DNA of 64,000 bases, from positions 45,694,001 to 45,758,000 of the forward strand of contig OX597822.1 of assembly GCA_951406725.2 (NCBI GenBank). Reading direction: 5' to 3'. This stretch comes from Octopus vulgaris. Lineage: Eukaryota. Position 1 is the stretch's first letter; the number at the start of each line of letters is the position of its first letter. The position numbers and the translations under genes were made by a program. The notes under the pieces were generated by a model. It saw only the letters and a program-made list of their open reading frames with translations, was not told the origin of the DNA and made no database searches. Below, piece by piece: positions 63,691-64,000 of this stretch.

Positions 63691-64000
63691 TTAGTGATTT
63701 TTGATGAGAAACTATGTTGTCTTGTCATTTATTAGAGGACGTTTTTAATGCCTCTGTTCCTGGTTGTTGTAGAAAGCTGTCAGGGGATGTCTAAATTTGC
63801 ATGGGAATGTTGCCCACGTGCAGAAGGTTAAGAAGAGGTGAAGGGTAGCATCATAGGAGTAAGAATGTTTCACCAGAAGACAGGAACTGGTCACTAATGT
63901 ACAAATAAAGAGTGAAAATTTGGAGCATTGTAGAGTTAAAATGTTATGGGATGAAGAAATCTCCATCATTGCATGTAGTGAGAGAGTTAAGTCATCTGAT

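Overview
Eukaryotic, repeat-dominated DNA. The SINE/LINE complement and microsatellite density suggest a coleoid cephalopod (Octopus-like) genome; this is inference. The only convincing host gene is the large first coding exon of a chondroitin polymerizing factor (CHPF/CHSY2-type) gene (46699-47529, +); I found no second exon, so 47530-64000 is probably intron 1. The rest is a mix of mobile elements: RTE, CR1, CRE, R4/Dong-like and Tx1/L1-like non-LTR elements, a Penelope GIY-YIG fragment, Tc1/mariner, hAT, piggyBac-like and Merlin-like elements, Helitron pieces, many tRNA-derived SINEs, and mini/microsatellites. Most notable: (1) an apparently intact minimal type-I hammerhead ribozyme (40938-41030, -) plus decayed relatives, several next to inverted arms; (2) a C4HC3 PHD finger inside the RT domain of the RTE element; (3) a recent A-B-A-B-A amplification (7067-17404) whose junction fuses a promoter-like segment and ATG in frame to the RTE C-terminus; (4) foldback elements carrying telomere-like repeats; (5) several long hairpins in the presumed CHPF intron. 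All coordinates and alignments were read by eye and no searches were run.
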